A model generated the notes under the pieces. It did not search any database, was not told the DNA's origin, and saw only the letters and a list, made by a program, of their open reading frames with translations. Made by a program: the position numbers and the translations under genes. 64,000 nucleotides of DNA from NCBI GenBank assembly GCA_022711315.1, contig JAKLFG010000006.1, positions 3,726 to 67,725 of the forward strand, in the 5' to 3' direction. Source of the stretch: a bacterium (GTDB lineage Bacteria > UBP6 > UBA1177 > JAKLFG01). Below are positions 42,476 through 51,816 of this stretch, in pieces (positions within the stretch are counted from its first letter, which is position 1; each line of letters begins with the position of its first letter).

Positions 42476-45400
42476 TTACAGAGTGCCGGTGAAGAAGGTG
42501 CGGAACTCCTCGACGATCGGGTTGCCATCATCGCCCATGACCCCCCTCGTCACGATGAGCCCGTACTCTACTCCGGGGCCAAAACTGCCGGTCGCTGTGA
42601 AGCGGACGACCGGATAGCTGTCGACCGTTTCGATGGTGAAGAGGCCGGGCAGAACAACGCCGCTTTCGACCTCATAGATGAATATGGTCGTCCCATCGGC
42701 GGTAAGCGCGTCGATCGCCTCGGAGAAGTAGAGGTCTATCACCTGTCCGCCGGCGAGGTCTATGTCGGCGCACAGCGGCATCGGCCCGGCATCATCGCCG
42801 CCGAGGGTGTCGAAGGCGCTGGTGAAGTCGGCGCCGAGCGTGTTGCCGGCAAGATCGGCGACGGTCGAAGCGATGGCGAGCGTGTAATCGGTCTCGTCGT
42901 GCAGGTCGTTCGGAAGCGGCACAAAGGTGACGCGACGGGAGGAGGAGTCGAGCGCGAGGCAGCCGAACACATCGTTCTCGGCGTCGGCGCCGCAGGCGGG
43001 AGGCGTGCCGCGGGTCACCCGGAATGTGCCGTCGGTCGAGACGGTGCTCCGGGTTATCGTCGAAAGGGTCATCATTTCGCTGAATCGTGCCTTGATGACC
43101 GCATCGACGCTGACGCCGGTGGCGAAATCGGCGGGACGCACCGAGGCGGGTATGACGGAAGGAAGAGTGGTTTCGACATTGAAATAGGCGTTGTAGGTGC
43201 CGGCATAGGCATTCCCGGCCGTATCGGTGACGCCGGTGATCGTGAGCGTATAGGGGTTGCCCGCGGAGGAAAGAGCCGCTTTCGGGGTCAGAACGGCGAG
43301 AGAGCCGGCGACATCCAGCGTAAGCGCTTTGACCGCATTATCCTTGTCGGTCAGTGTTACCGTGGTGCCGTCGGTGAAGGAGGCGGGATCCATCGCTTCG
43401 TTGAAACTGACACGGATAGCCGGTTTTGCCGTAATGTCGGGGGTGGGGGTGCCGCTGATCGTGGAGAGGGCCAGCAAGACCCCGGTGTCGTTGTGAGCCC
43501 GCGCCACGACGCCGCCGGGTGCGGTGTTCTCAACGGTGAAGTTCGTCACCGTGTCCGCATCGGTCGAGGCGATGGTGTAGATGTTCGCTATCCGCTTCTT
43601 TCGGACGGTCAATTGTATCGCGCCGGCGCCGGACCGGATGAATCGGGTCGGGTATATCTCGGCCACATTGCCGGTCTGTTCCGGCACGAAGTAGAGAGCG
43701 AACGGTATCGGGTCAAGGAGGGCCCATGCGAGGCCGCTCTGGGTGGCGGCGAAGGGGATGTCCAGCGTGACGCTGGTGTCGCTGTCGACCGTGAGGATGG
43801 TGCGACGACCGTTGTTTCCCGCCGTGCCCGAACCGCTCGTGCGGATGACCTTGCCGACATCCCCGGGGGCGAAGGTGCCCGCCGTCCCGACGGTGAAGGT
43901 GGGGCTGTTGATGGTGACCGTTCCGTTCGCGCCGCTCTTGTTGATCTGGTCGAGATAGATCGAGTCGTCGTTGATGCTCGCCGGCGCCATGCTGTACTTG
44001 TGGTTGGGACCGCCGTCGGGCCAGTTGATGGTGAAGTGCTGGTGTCCCTTGACCGCCGCGGCGCCAGCCGGCGCTATGGTGAGCGCGGTGTCCGGGGTGA
44101 TGGCGCTCGTCGCCGGTGCGTTGCCGATGTCGTTCCATGACTTCATCGCGGCGATGACCGGGTTGCCGCGATAGTCCCAGACCCCTTCGGTCACATACAG
44201 ATAGGCGAGGGTCGTGCCGTTCACGAGCGCCGGGGTCGGTATCACCATGAGACTGGTCGGATGGGCCGATTCCATAGCGGTGAGCGAGGTGTTGAGTTCT
44301 CCGCCCTGTATGAGGTACAGGGTATCCTGAGAAACGCTGTCGCGATGGATCGGCCGCGAGAAGATGACGATCGGATTCTCGAGGACATTGGTGCCGGCCG
44401 ATTCGGGCGAGAACCGGATGTGGGTCTCGGGGCTCGTGATGAAGGTGTAGCGCGATATGCCGGCGAAGGGGTTACCGTCGGCGGCGCGGAGATAGTCGGT
44501 GGTGTTGCGGTAGGTCCGGCCCTTGATGATCAGGCGGTGATGGTCGCGGTCATCGGTGATGCGCCACGCGATGTCGCTTTCGGCGTTCGTGAAGGTGGTA
44601 TCGGTCGTGAGGGTGTTCCCCGTCTCGTTGACGCCGGTGATGATCGCCTTGACGGTGTTCCCCGCCAGCGTGCCGTAGAGGACGAGGTATTTGCCGAGGT
44701 CGCGATAGGTGGCCACGCGGTAGTTGTCGGCGGTCTTCGGTATCGTGACGATGTTCGATCCGGCGGTGACCGCGGCGTGGAAGCCGAGATACTCGCTGTG
44801 ATGGATGAGGCGCTTCGCGTGCTTCACATGTATCTCGGTGTCGTCGTTCTCGGTCGTGATGTCGAGATCGCCCGGCGCCCAGTAACGGGACCAGTTGAGA
44901 TCGGTGGTCGTCGCGGTGAAGGTGATGCCCGCCAGCGTCACGGTCCGGTCGTCGACGACCGAAGCGATGGCGTAAAGGCCGTCCGCCGCCTCGGTGCCGA
45001 ACAGGTCTATCAACTTCCCTTCGTCGCGTCCCGCGAGGAAGGTCCCTATCTTGGCGACGGTGAACTGCGAGGATGCGGCGGTCACCGAGCCGTCGGTCCC
45101 GCGGTCGTCCTCGAGCAGGATGGTATCGCCGTTCGCCGACGCCGGGTCTATCTTTTCGCGGAAGGCGATGATGAACTCGGCGTTGACCGGTACCTCGGTG
45201 GCGCCGCTCAGGTTGGTGAGTCCGACCACCGCATTCTGATACTTCGTGCCGAGTATGGAGATGCTCGGCGGGGTCTTGAACTCATGGAGGAATTCGTCGC
45301 CGAGCCCCATCGTTTCGACATGGAGTTGATCAGAATCCCAGTTCGCGTTCCGGATATAGGTGGAAAGATGGACGGTGAACTGAGTGTTGAGCGGGAGGGC

Positions 45401-48400
45401 GAACTGCGGATCGCTCGATCTTTCGCCACAGGAGTAGAGAGCGTACATGTCGGGGGTGAAGGTGGCGGTGATGCACCCGACATTCGTGTCGATGTCGCAC
45501 CCGGCGTTCCAGGTGATATCCCCCGGGACCGCGGTCGTGCCGCCGAACTCGTTCTCGTAGGTGACATAGAAGGTGCCGCCGTTGACCGAGTCGGTGTCGA
45601 CGGCCTCGCGGAAGTAGGCGACGACATGGAGCGCGTTCAGATCGTCGGCGTCGTTCACGACCACATAGATCAGCAGGCCAGCGGTGCCGGTGTGGAAGGT
45701 GGAGGTATAGAAGCCGGTAAGCGTTCTCCCCTCGGTGTCCTGAATATCCCGCGAGACGACGATCGTGTAGTCGCTATCGGGCATGAGCGATGCCGTCGGC
45801 ACGATGGTCGCCACGGTGTCTCCGGCGCTCCACTGGATATCGACCGCGATGGCCGTCGGATCCGAGCAGTCGAAAAGCATGGTGCCCGGAAGCAGGCAGA
45901 GGTTCGGGATGATGCCGTCGGCGTCGTCGCCGAGGTCGGTCTCGACGCTCGCGGTATCGACCGGCGCGCTGAAGGTGACGGTCGGATTAACGCTCGGCGG
46001 TACGCCGGTCGCGCCGTTCGGTGGGTAGATGAAGGCGACGAACTCGCCCTGCTTGGCGGTGTGGAAGGAGAAGGTATAACGCGGCGAGGCGATACAGCCG
46101 TCGTCGCTCGGGTCGCCGGGCACCTTATCGGGCGAACATACGCCGTCGGCGCCGCCGTCGAGCGTGACGGTGTAATCGTTGTCGTAGCAGAGCGCCTCGG
46201 GGACGCAGTCCTCGTCGTCCGGGGTCAACTGGACCGTCAGCGCGGTGCCTTCACAGGTTATCGTCGCCGGTATCTTCTGCGACGGATCGCTCGTCGTTCC
46301 CTTATTGATGAAGAAGGTCGCGGCGGTCATCGTGGCGCAGTCGACCTCCTGATTGAAGGTGAGGGTGATCGTCGCATCGGGGTTAAAGGCCGACGACCCC
46401 GCGGCGTTGTTCGATATGACATAGAGTTTGTCGAGATGTTCGGTGCCGAAGCCGAACGAGAAGGGCGGGACGAGATAGCCCTGCGTCGGATCGTTCGGAT
46501 TGACGGCGCCGCCCGCCGCCCGTTCATCGCGGACATCGCTCGTCAGGTGGACGAGGAGGTCGCGGCCATAGCCGAACTCTTCCTCGGCGGTGAAGGTGAC
46601 GGTCGCCTCGCCATCGGTGCAAGCCCACGAGCCGGTGACCGTGCCGCCGGGGGCGACCGGGTCGGTGACGAAGGTGCCGTCGTCGTAGGTGACGAAGATG
46701 TTCGCGCCGTTTATCGTCGTGCAGTCGGGTGCGTAGTTGAAGGTGACCGTTATCTGCGTCGCGCCGTGCGGCACATCGCGGTTGTCGTGGGCCGGGGAGG
46801 TGGCGATGACGCGCAATTCCTCGAGCCGTTCGACCTCGACAAGGAAGACGGTGCCGAGCGTGTGCTGGCCGCCGCGCGTGGTGGCGCGGTCCGACTTCAC
46901 GACAGAGGCGGTCGGGTCGTCGGAGCCCGGTATCGTTACGCGGATGAGCGTGCCGTACTGATAGGGTGCATCGGGGGTGAAGGTCATGAAGATGTCGTCG
47001 CCGACGAGTTCGGTGTTGCCCGGCTCATCGTCGGTGTTGTAGGTGAGAGAACCCGGTATCTGGCCGTGCGCCGTTTCATTCAGCGGGTCGGCAAGTCCGG
47101 TGACATCCTCGACGATGACCGTTTCGCCGAGTGCCGCGGATGCCTGCCGGACGCCTTCGGAGAAGCCGACGATGATGGTGTCGGTGCGCGGCATCGTGAA
47201 GTGGCCGCTACCGGTGCCGATGGTGACGACGCCGAGCGGCGGCGGATCCATCGTGCTGTAGTGGAAGGTGTAGCCGCCGCGCAGGTGTCCCATGAGCGGG
47301 TCGGCATGTTCGTTCGCCTGAGCTGCCTCGACGGTCGCTACCGCGTCGGTGAGCGTCACCACGACATCGCGGCTGTACTTTATCGGCGCGTCGGGCACGA
47401 TGGTGACCGCCGTGTCGCCGTCGGCGCAGGCGGGGCTTATCGTCGCCGCGATCGCCGCGTCGGGCGTCTCGGGATCGGTCGAGTCGAAGGCGAGCGTGAT
47501 CGTTGTGCCGATCACGAGCGTGGCGCAATCGACCGCGCTATTGAAATTGACCGTGATCGAGCCGTCTATCGGTTTGCCCTTCTCAGCCTCGCCGGGGAAG
47601 GTACCGGTGACGATGAGGTCGGGCGTTATCTCGCTTTCGAAGATATAGGCGGCGTCTTCCGGCAACTGGCCGCCGCGGGCGGTCGCGCGGTCCGACTTAA
47701 CGACATTTGCGGTCGGATCGTCGGAGCCGGGCCATACGACGCGGATGACGGTGCCGTAGGGAAGCGACGCGTCGGGGGTGAAGGTGACGAGGTTGTCGTC
47801 GCCGATCAGTTCGGGATTGTCCGGAGCGTCAGCGGCGTTGAAGGAGACGGTGCCGGCGATGCTACCGTTCGCCTCGTCGTTCAGCGGATCGGCAAGGCCG
47901 GTGACATCCTCGACGATGATGGTCTCATCCTCCCGGACGCTCGCCTGCGCGACGCCCTCGGAGAAGGTGAAAACAAGCGTATCGGTGCGGGGCATCGGCA
48001 GCACGCCGGTGCCGGTGCCGGCGGCCATGATGGCGAGCGGCGGCGGATCGATGGTGGTGTACAGCAGGACATAACCGTTACGCAGATGGCCGACGAGCGG
48101 GTCGGCGGTCGGGTCGGCGAGCGACGCATCGGGAGAGGCGATGGCGCTCGTCAGTGTCACGCGGATGGTCCGCGAATACCCGAACGGCGCGGCGGCGGTG
48201 AAGGTGAGTATGGTGTTCTCTTCGTTCCACGAAAGGCCCTCTTCGGCCGGTTCTATCTCGATCGGAGTGGTGTCGGTGATATCTTCAACGACGAGGCTCT
48301 CCCCCACGACGACCGAGGCGGGGGCGACCGGACGGCTGAAGACGATGCGGATGTCATGCGCGATGGGGACGCCCCACGCGCCCGCTGCCGGTGTGGTGTG

Positions 48401-48886
48401 GACCACGAGGAGGTCATCGGGGTCTATGGTGCGGAACTTGGCGTTCACCTCTATGGCAAGCGCGCCGCCTTTCGAATTATCCGAATCTTTCTTGAGGATG
48501 GTCTTCTTCAGGACCACGCGATAGTCGCTTGAATAACCGAGCGATGCTCCGGGTTTGAAGGTGGCTGACCGGGTGGTCGCGTCATAGGTGACGGTCCCGG
48601 CGACCTTTGCCGGATTCTCGGGGTCGGCGATGTTCTCGACATAGAAGCCGGTGCCGTCGGTCACCGTCGAGGCGACCACATCCTCGGAAAAGACGGCGAC
48701 GACGGAGGTGTCGAGCGCGATGTTGGAACTGCCGTCGTTGGGCGACAGATAGACGACCCGGAGCGGGTTGTCGGCCACCACGACGAAATCCTTGTCACTG
48801 CACCCCGTGAAAGGGAACACGGCGACGAACACGGCGACGAGCGCCAGAACGCGAAGCATGCTTTTCATGGTATCCTCCCTCTTCAA
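42476..48886 (-). CDS. Giant (2136 aa) lipoprotein built from SbsA/Big_5-type Ig-like domains
   Basis: VFPFTGCSDKD lipobox. Many repeats of the pattern V..(S/T)P.(D/N)G...V........V.FSE.(M/V)D..(S/T)(V/I). Alternative start ATG 48865. Confidence 0.85.
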   Translation of the reverse strand: MKREDTMKSMLRVLALVAVFVAVFPFTGCSDKDFVVVADNPLRVVYLSPNDGSSNIALDTSVVAVFSEDVVASTVTDGTGFYVENIADPENPAKVAGTVTYDATTRSATFKPGASLGYSSDYRVVLKKTILKKDSDNSKGGALAIEVNAKFRTIDPDDLLVVHTTPAAGAWGVPIAHDIRIVFSRPVAPASVVVGESLVVEDITDTTPIEIEPAEEGLSWNEENTILTFTAAAPFGYSRTIRVTLTSAIASPDASLADPTADPLVGHLRNGYVLLYTTIDPPPLAIMAAGTGTGVLPMPRTDTLVFTFSEGVAQASVREDETIIVEDVTGLADPLNDEANGSIAGTVSFNAADAPDNPELIGDDNLVTFTPDASLPYGTVIRVVWPGSDDPTANVVKSDRATARGGQLPEDAAYIFESEITPDLIVTGTFPGEAEKGKPIDGSITVNFNSAVDCATLVIGTTITLAFDSTDPETPDAAIAATISPACADGDTAVTIVPDAPIKYSRDVVVTLTDAVATVEAAQANEHADPLMGHLRGGYTFHYSTMDPPPLGVVTIGTGSGHFTMPRTDTIIVGFSEGVRQASAALGETVIVEDVTGLADPLNETAHGQIPGSLTYNTDDEPGNTELVGDDIFMTFTPDAPYQYGTLIRVTIPGSDDPTASVVKSDRATTRGGQHTLGTVFLVEVERLEELRVIATSPAHDNRDVPHGATQITVTFNYAPDCTTINGANIFVTYDDGTFVTDPVAPGGTVTGSWACTDGEATVTFTAEEEFGYGRDLLVHLTSDVRDERAAGGAVNPNDPTQGYLVPPFSFGFGTEHLDKLYVISNNAAGSSAFNPDATITLTFNQEVDCATMTAATFFINKGTTSDPSQKIPATITCEGTALTVQLTPDDEDCVPEALCYDNDYTVTLDGGADGVCSPDKVPGDPSDDGCIASPRYTFSFHTAKQGEFVAFIYPPNGATGVPPSVNPTVTFSAPVDTASVETDLGDDADGIIPNLCLLPGTMLFDCSDPTAIAVDIQWSAGDTVATIVPTASLMPDSDYTIVVSRDIQDTEGRTLTGFYTSTFHTGTAGLLIYVVVNDADDLNALHVVAYFREAVDTDSVNGGTFYVTYENEFGGTTAVPGDITWNAGCDIDTNVGCITATFTPDMYALYSCGERSSDPQFALPLNTQFTVHLSTYIRNANWDSDQLHVETMGLGDEFLHEFKTPPSISILGTKYQNAVVGLTNLSGATEVPVNAEFIIAFREKIDPASANGDTILLEDDRGTDGSVTAASSQFTVAKIGTFLAGRDEGKLIDLFGTEAADGLYAIASVVDDRTVTLAGITFTATTTDLNWSRYWAPGDLDITTENDDTEIHVKHAKRLIHHSEYLGFHAAVTAGSNIVTIPKTADNYRVATYRDLGKYLVLYGTLAGNTVKAIITGVNETGNTLTTDTTFTNAESDIAWRITDDRDHHRLIIKGRTYRNTTDYLRAADGNPFAGISRYTFITSPETHIRFSPESAGTNVLENPIVIFSRPIHRDSVSQDTLYLIQGGELNTSLTAMESAHPTSLMVIPTPALVNGTTLAYLYVTEGVWDYRGNPVIAAMKSWNDIGNAPATSAITPDTALTIAPAGAAAVKGHQHFTINWPDGGPNHKYSMAPASINDDSIYLDQINKSGANGTVTINSPTFTVGTAGTFAPGDVGKVIRTSGSGTAGNNGRRTILTVDSDTSVTLDIPFAATQSGLAWALLDPIPFALYFVPEQTGNVAEIYPTRFIRSGAGAIQLTVRKKRIANIYTIASTDADTVTNFTVENTAPGGVVARAHNDTGVLLALSTISGTPTPDITAKPAIRVSFNEAMDPASFTDGTTVTLTDKDNAVKALTLDVAGSLAVLTPKAALSSAGNPYTLTITGVTDTAGNAYAGTYNAYFNVETTLPSVIPASVRPADFATGVSVDAVIKARFSEMMTLSTITRSTVSTDGTFRVTRGTPPACGADAENDVFGCLALDSSSRRVTFVPLPNDLHDETDYTLAIASTVADLAGNTLGADFTSAFDTLGGDDAGPMPLCADIDLAGGQVIDLYFSEAIDALTADGTTIFIYEVESGVVLPGLFTIETVDSYPVVRFTATGSFGPGVEYGLIVTRGVMGDDGNPIVEEFRTFFTGTL
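46865..47305. repeat. Internal duplication unit B within the giant gene (aa 528-674)
   Basis: ADPLMGHLRGGY...EDVTGLADPLNETAHG...PGSDDPTASVVKSDRATTRGGQ parallels unit A. Confidence 0.8.
47666..48106. repeat. Internal duplication unit A within the giant gene (aa 261-407)
   Basis: ADPLVGHLRNGY...EDVTGLADPLNDEANG...PGSDDPTANVVKSDRATARGGQ. The two units are 267 aa apart. Confidence 0.8.
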
Positions 48887-49719
48887 TATGTATATTTGTA
48901 GCCGACCAGAACCATGGCGCCGCCGATGTCGCCGACCTTCTCGTTGAGTTCCGGATAGTTGAAATCAAGGAAGAAGCCGGAATGACGGTACTCGACCGTC
49001 ACGCCGCCGTAGGGAAGGAAGCGGAATTCGACCCCGGCATGGAGATAGTAGCCGTAGGCGAGGTCCTCGGCGAAGGTGTTGCCTTCGAACAGGTCGCCGG
49101 TGGAGCGAGCCCATACCAGTGAAAAGCCACCGCCCGCTATCATAACAAGCCATTTCAGTGGTTTGTCTATCTCGACCGCCATGCCGATATTGATGGGCAC
49201 CGAGTCGATGACCCACGAATAGTCGTACAGGCCTATCTGCGGATCGGTCTGCGTCCCTTTGCCGGAGAGTCGATACCACGCCGCATCGACGCCGACGGTG
49301 AGCCACGGATTGACCCACGGCAGGATATAGCGGATATCGAGGTGGGCGCCGAAGCCGGGGTCAACGCGCGACATCGGGGCGGTCATGTCGGCTTTTGCGG
49401 CGATGCTGAAGTAGAGAGGCCGTTCCTCTTTCTCTTCTTTGTCCGGCTCTTCTTTTTTCTCTTCGGTGGCGGTCACGGCCGGAGCCGGTTCTGATCCGGC
49501 GGCCGGTTGTTGTTCGACCGGCGCGGTCTTCGCGGTGTCGTCGGCGAAGATGGATCCCGTCCCCGCCGGGTTCGCCGGAGAAGGTTGTTGCGGCTGGGTA
49601 ACGGTCGGAGCCGGTGTCGCGGGTGCCTTTTCTTCGGCGTCGTCGGCCTCAAGGTCGAAGGTTCTCGCCGGGAGCACAAGCGGGAGAAGCACCAGCGATA
49701 CGAGCAGTAGTCTCTTCAT
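48883..49719 (-). CDS. Small outer-membrane beta-barrel protein with Pro/Ala-rich N-terminal linker
   Basis: 278 aa. Signal peptide. Low-complexity PATPAPTVTQPQQPSPANPAG. OmpA/OmpX-like barrel ending ...VLVGYKYTY. ATGA overlap with the giant gene. Confidence 0.7.
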   Translation of the reverse strand: MKRLLLVSLVLLPLVLPARTFDLEADDAEEKAPATPAPTVTQPQQPSPANPAGTGSIFADDTAKTAPVEQQPAAGSEPAPAVTATEEKKEEPDKEEKEERPLYFSIAAKADMTAPMSRVDPGFGAHLDIRYILPWVNPWLTVGVDAAWYRLSGKGTQTDPQIGLYDYSWVIDSVPINIGMAVEIDKPLKWLVMIAGGGFSLVWARSTGDLFEGNTFAEDLAYGYYLHAGVEFRFLPYGGVTVEYRHSGFFLDFNYPELNEKVGDIGGAMVLVGYKYTY

Positions 49720-49728
49720 GTTCCCCTC

Positions 49729-50457
49729 CTACTCTTCCGTCGTGGTGAAGCGGACGATGATTTCTTCTCCCATCGGGATCCCCGCCGCATCGGTCACGGT
49801 GCCGGCGATGAAGATCGTGTAGTCGCGTTTGGGTGTCAACGGACCCTCGATGTCGAATCGGGCGGTCAGGGTCTTGGGGTCGTAGGAGATGGTCCCCTGC
49901 ATATCGCTGAGCAGGAAGGTCGCCGGGGTGATGGTGGCCGGGTCCATCGCCTCCGAGAAGGTGACCGCTATCGCCGTAAGGTCGGGGGCGACCGTTGCTT
50001 CGTCGGCGGGGGTCACCGAAACGACCGTCGGCGGGGTCGCAAGGATGGAAAAGGTCGATATGAACAAAGAGTCGGTCCCGTCGATGTCGAGCGGTATGCC
50101 GTTGTCGTCCCGTATCTGTCGTGTCACCTCGACGGAGTAGGTCTTTCCCTCCGACAAGGGCACCGTGGGGACCAGACTTGCCGTCAGGCCGTCGTCCGAC
50201 AGGGTGAGCGCGCCGGTCACCGCATGCCCATCCTCGCCCTTCAGGCGCAGAGAGTAAGGGGTGAGGGTCGTCGCGTCTATCGCGACGGTGAAGGTGACCG
50301 AAACGACGGTGCCGGGGGGGACGCTCGCGGCGCCGTCGGACGGAGTGACGGTCGCCACCTGTGGGGCCGCCGGGTCCTTCTCGCCGGTCGGCGAGTAGGG
50401 GGGGACACACGCGACAACAAGCAAAAGGGTCACAATACTGCACGCGATGATCTTCAT
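49729..50457 (-). CDS. Lipoprotein with two SbsA/Big_5 Ig-like domains
   Basis: LLVVAC lipobox. VATVTPSDGAASVPPGTVVSVTFTVAIDATTL and VVSVTPADEATVAPDLTAIAVTFSEAMDPATI. Confidence 0.8.
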   Translation of the reverse strand: MKIIACSIVTLLLVVACVPPYSPTGEKDPAAPQVATVTPSDGAASVPPGTVVSVTFTVAIDATTLTPYSLRLKGEDGHAVTGALTLSDDGLTASLVPTVPLSEGKTYSVEVTRQIRDDNGIPLDIDGTDSLFISTFSILATPPTVVSVTPADEATVAPDLTAIAVTFSEAMDPATITPATFLLSDMQGTISYDPKTLTARFDIEGPLTPKRDYTIFIAGTVTDAAGIPMGEEIIVRFTTTEE

Positions 50458-50518
50458 GGCGTTCCTCCCGACCGAATGTGAACCGAATATATCGTAGGAT
50501 ACCGGAGAACGAAAAAAA

Positions 50519-50571
50519 GTTCCACAAAAAATGGGAATTTCTTGTGGAACTTTTATGCTTCGCCGGTCGTC
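50519..50571 (+). promoter_or_regulatory. 9-bp-arm palindrome overlapping an ECF-type promoter motif (GGAAC-N17-CGTC)
   Basis: GTTCCACAA (50519-50527) / TTGTGGAAC (50542-50550). GGAAC at 50546-50550, a 17-nt spacer, CGTC at 50568-50571. 50 nt upstream of ATG 50621. Confidence 0.4.
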
Positions 50572-50620
50572 ATACGGGCGTGATGAGATTCCGCCGTGTC
50601 ATGATGAGAAGGAGGAGACC

Positions 50621-51058
50621 ATGAAGAAGATGTTGCTCGTTGTTATCGCTGGGCTTTTTGTTTTTTCTCTGGCGCTTTCGGCCGAGGAGACGACCGAGCC
50701 GGTGAAGGAAAAGAAGCAGACCGAGGAGAAGCAGAAGGAAGAGACCAAGAATTCTGGCGAGGAGCAGAAACTCCAGACCCGCGAACGGGATCGCGAGCGG
50801 GCCGGACAGGAGGAGAACGCCGAAAAGAAAGAGATGAAACAGGAGCAGAAACAGGAGAAAAAGGCCCTGAAGGAAGAGCAGAAACAGGAAAAGAAAGAGA
50901 TGAAACAGGAAGCCAAGAAAGAGATGAAGGAGGGGCTCAAGGAAGAGAAGAAGGAGATGAAGAAAGAACAGAAGAAAGACTGCAACGAGATGAAGAAGAA
51001 GCACAAAAAGGAGCAGATGAAAGGCGAAGAGAACCCCGAGCGCAAGCCGGGTAACTAG
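50621..51058 (+). CDS. Exported Lys/Glu/Gln-rich protein (145 aa)
   Basis: Trimmed to ATG 50621 (GAAGGAGGAG SD). Signal peptide MKKMLLVVIAGLFVFSLALSA. Repeats KQEQKQEKKALKEEQKQEKKEMKQEAKKEMKEGLKEEKKEMKKEQKK. Confidence 0.65.
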   Translation: MKKMLLVVIAGLFVFSLALSAEETTEPVKEKKQTEEKQKEETKNSGEEQKLQTRERDRERAGQEENAEKKEMKQEQKQEKKALKEEQKQEKKEMKQEAKKEMKEGLKEEKKEMKKEQKKDCNEMKKKHKKEQMKGEENPERKPGN

Positions 51059-51075
51059 AAAAAAGGAGGAGGTCG

Positions 51076-51801
51076 ATGAAAGAAATGTTCCGCCTGACGA
51101 TCCTGCTGGCGCTGGTCGCGATACTGGCCGCCGCCTGTAGCGAAACGAAGACCACGGTGCCGGGCACCGATGATCTGACGACCGACGAGACCGTTACCGA
51201 CAACGCGGTGATCGACGAGACCGTGTACGACGAGGACGCCACCGGTGACAAGGACGATGTGTTCGCCGAGGGACCGCTCTCCGACGACAGCCCGATGGTG
51301 ACCGATGAGACGGTGACCGATGCCGATGCGCCGCAGACCGACAGCATCCTGCCCGACGATGTCCTGACCGACGGAGAGATCCCTGACGAGGTCATGAACG
51401 ACGAGCTCCTCTCCGACGAGGATGTGCATCAGGGCGAGGGAGGCATACCCGACAGTGACCAGATACCGGTGCCGCCTACCTGTGCCGAAGGGTATGTCGC
51501 GCTCGAGATAACCATCTATCATTTCGATGAGAGCGAGCAGAAGGTGTTCGGCGTGGCCGGCTCCTTCACCACCGATCCCGTCGGTCAGCCGACGACCGAA
51601 GGGGACCCCGTGCAGAATATCTGCTATCCGGTGAATTCGACCGTGCAGATACACCTGACGGCCAACAGCGGGTACACCTTCAGCCAGTGGATGAAGCCGA
51701 ACGGCAGTCCCGCGAACGATGTCACCGGCACCTTCCCCGATTTTTCCGTGATGCTCACGACCAAAGGCAAGAGGATTTCCGCCGAATTCACCGTCAACTG
51801 A
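51076..51801 (+). CDS. Lipoprotein with acidic linker and a C-terminal InlB-B-repeat-like domain (tentative)
   Basis: AAGGAGGAGG SD. ILAAACSE lipobox. TDETVTD linker. C-terminus ...TANSGYTFSQWMKPNGSP... resembles the GY.F..W bacterial repeat domains. Confidence 0.65.
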   Translation: MKEMFRLTILLALVAILAAACSETKTTVPGTDDLTTDETVTDNAVIDETVYDEDATGDKDDVFAEGPLSDDSPMVTDETVTDADAPQTDSILPDDVLTDGEIPDEVMNDELLSDEDVHQGEGGIPDSDQIPVPPTCAEGYVALEITIYHFDESEQKVFGVAGSFTTDPVGQPTTEGDPVQNICYPVNSTVQIHLTANSGYTFSQWMKPNGSPANDVTGTFPDFSVMLTTKGKRISAEFTVN

Positions 51802-51816
51802 TCCTTTCCCTCAACT

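Noticed and set aside
44261-48532. 1423-aa ORF on the plus strand, the second-longest ORF in the window
   Set aside because: It lies entirely antisense to the 2136-aa Big_5 lipoprotein gene. Its translation is R/G/A/D/V-rich low-information sequence with no SD or motifs. This is the typical stop-codon-poor shadow frame of a high-GC gene.
50519-50550. Interpreting the GTTCCACAA/TTGTGGAAC inverted repeat as a transcription terminator
   Set aside because: It lies upstream of both divergently transcribed units, so nothing ends there. The 14-nt loop and AT-rich arms make a poor hairpin. An operator or promoter role fits better.
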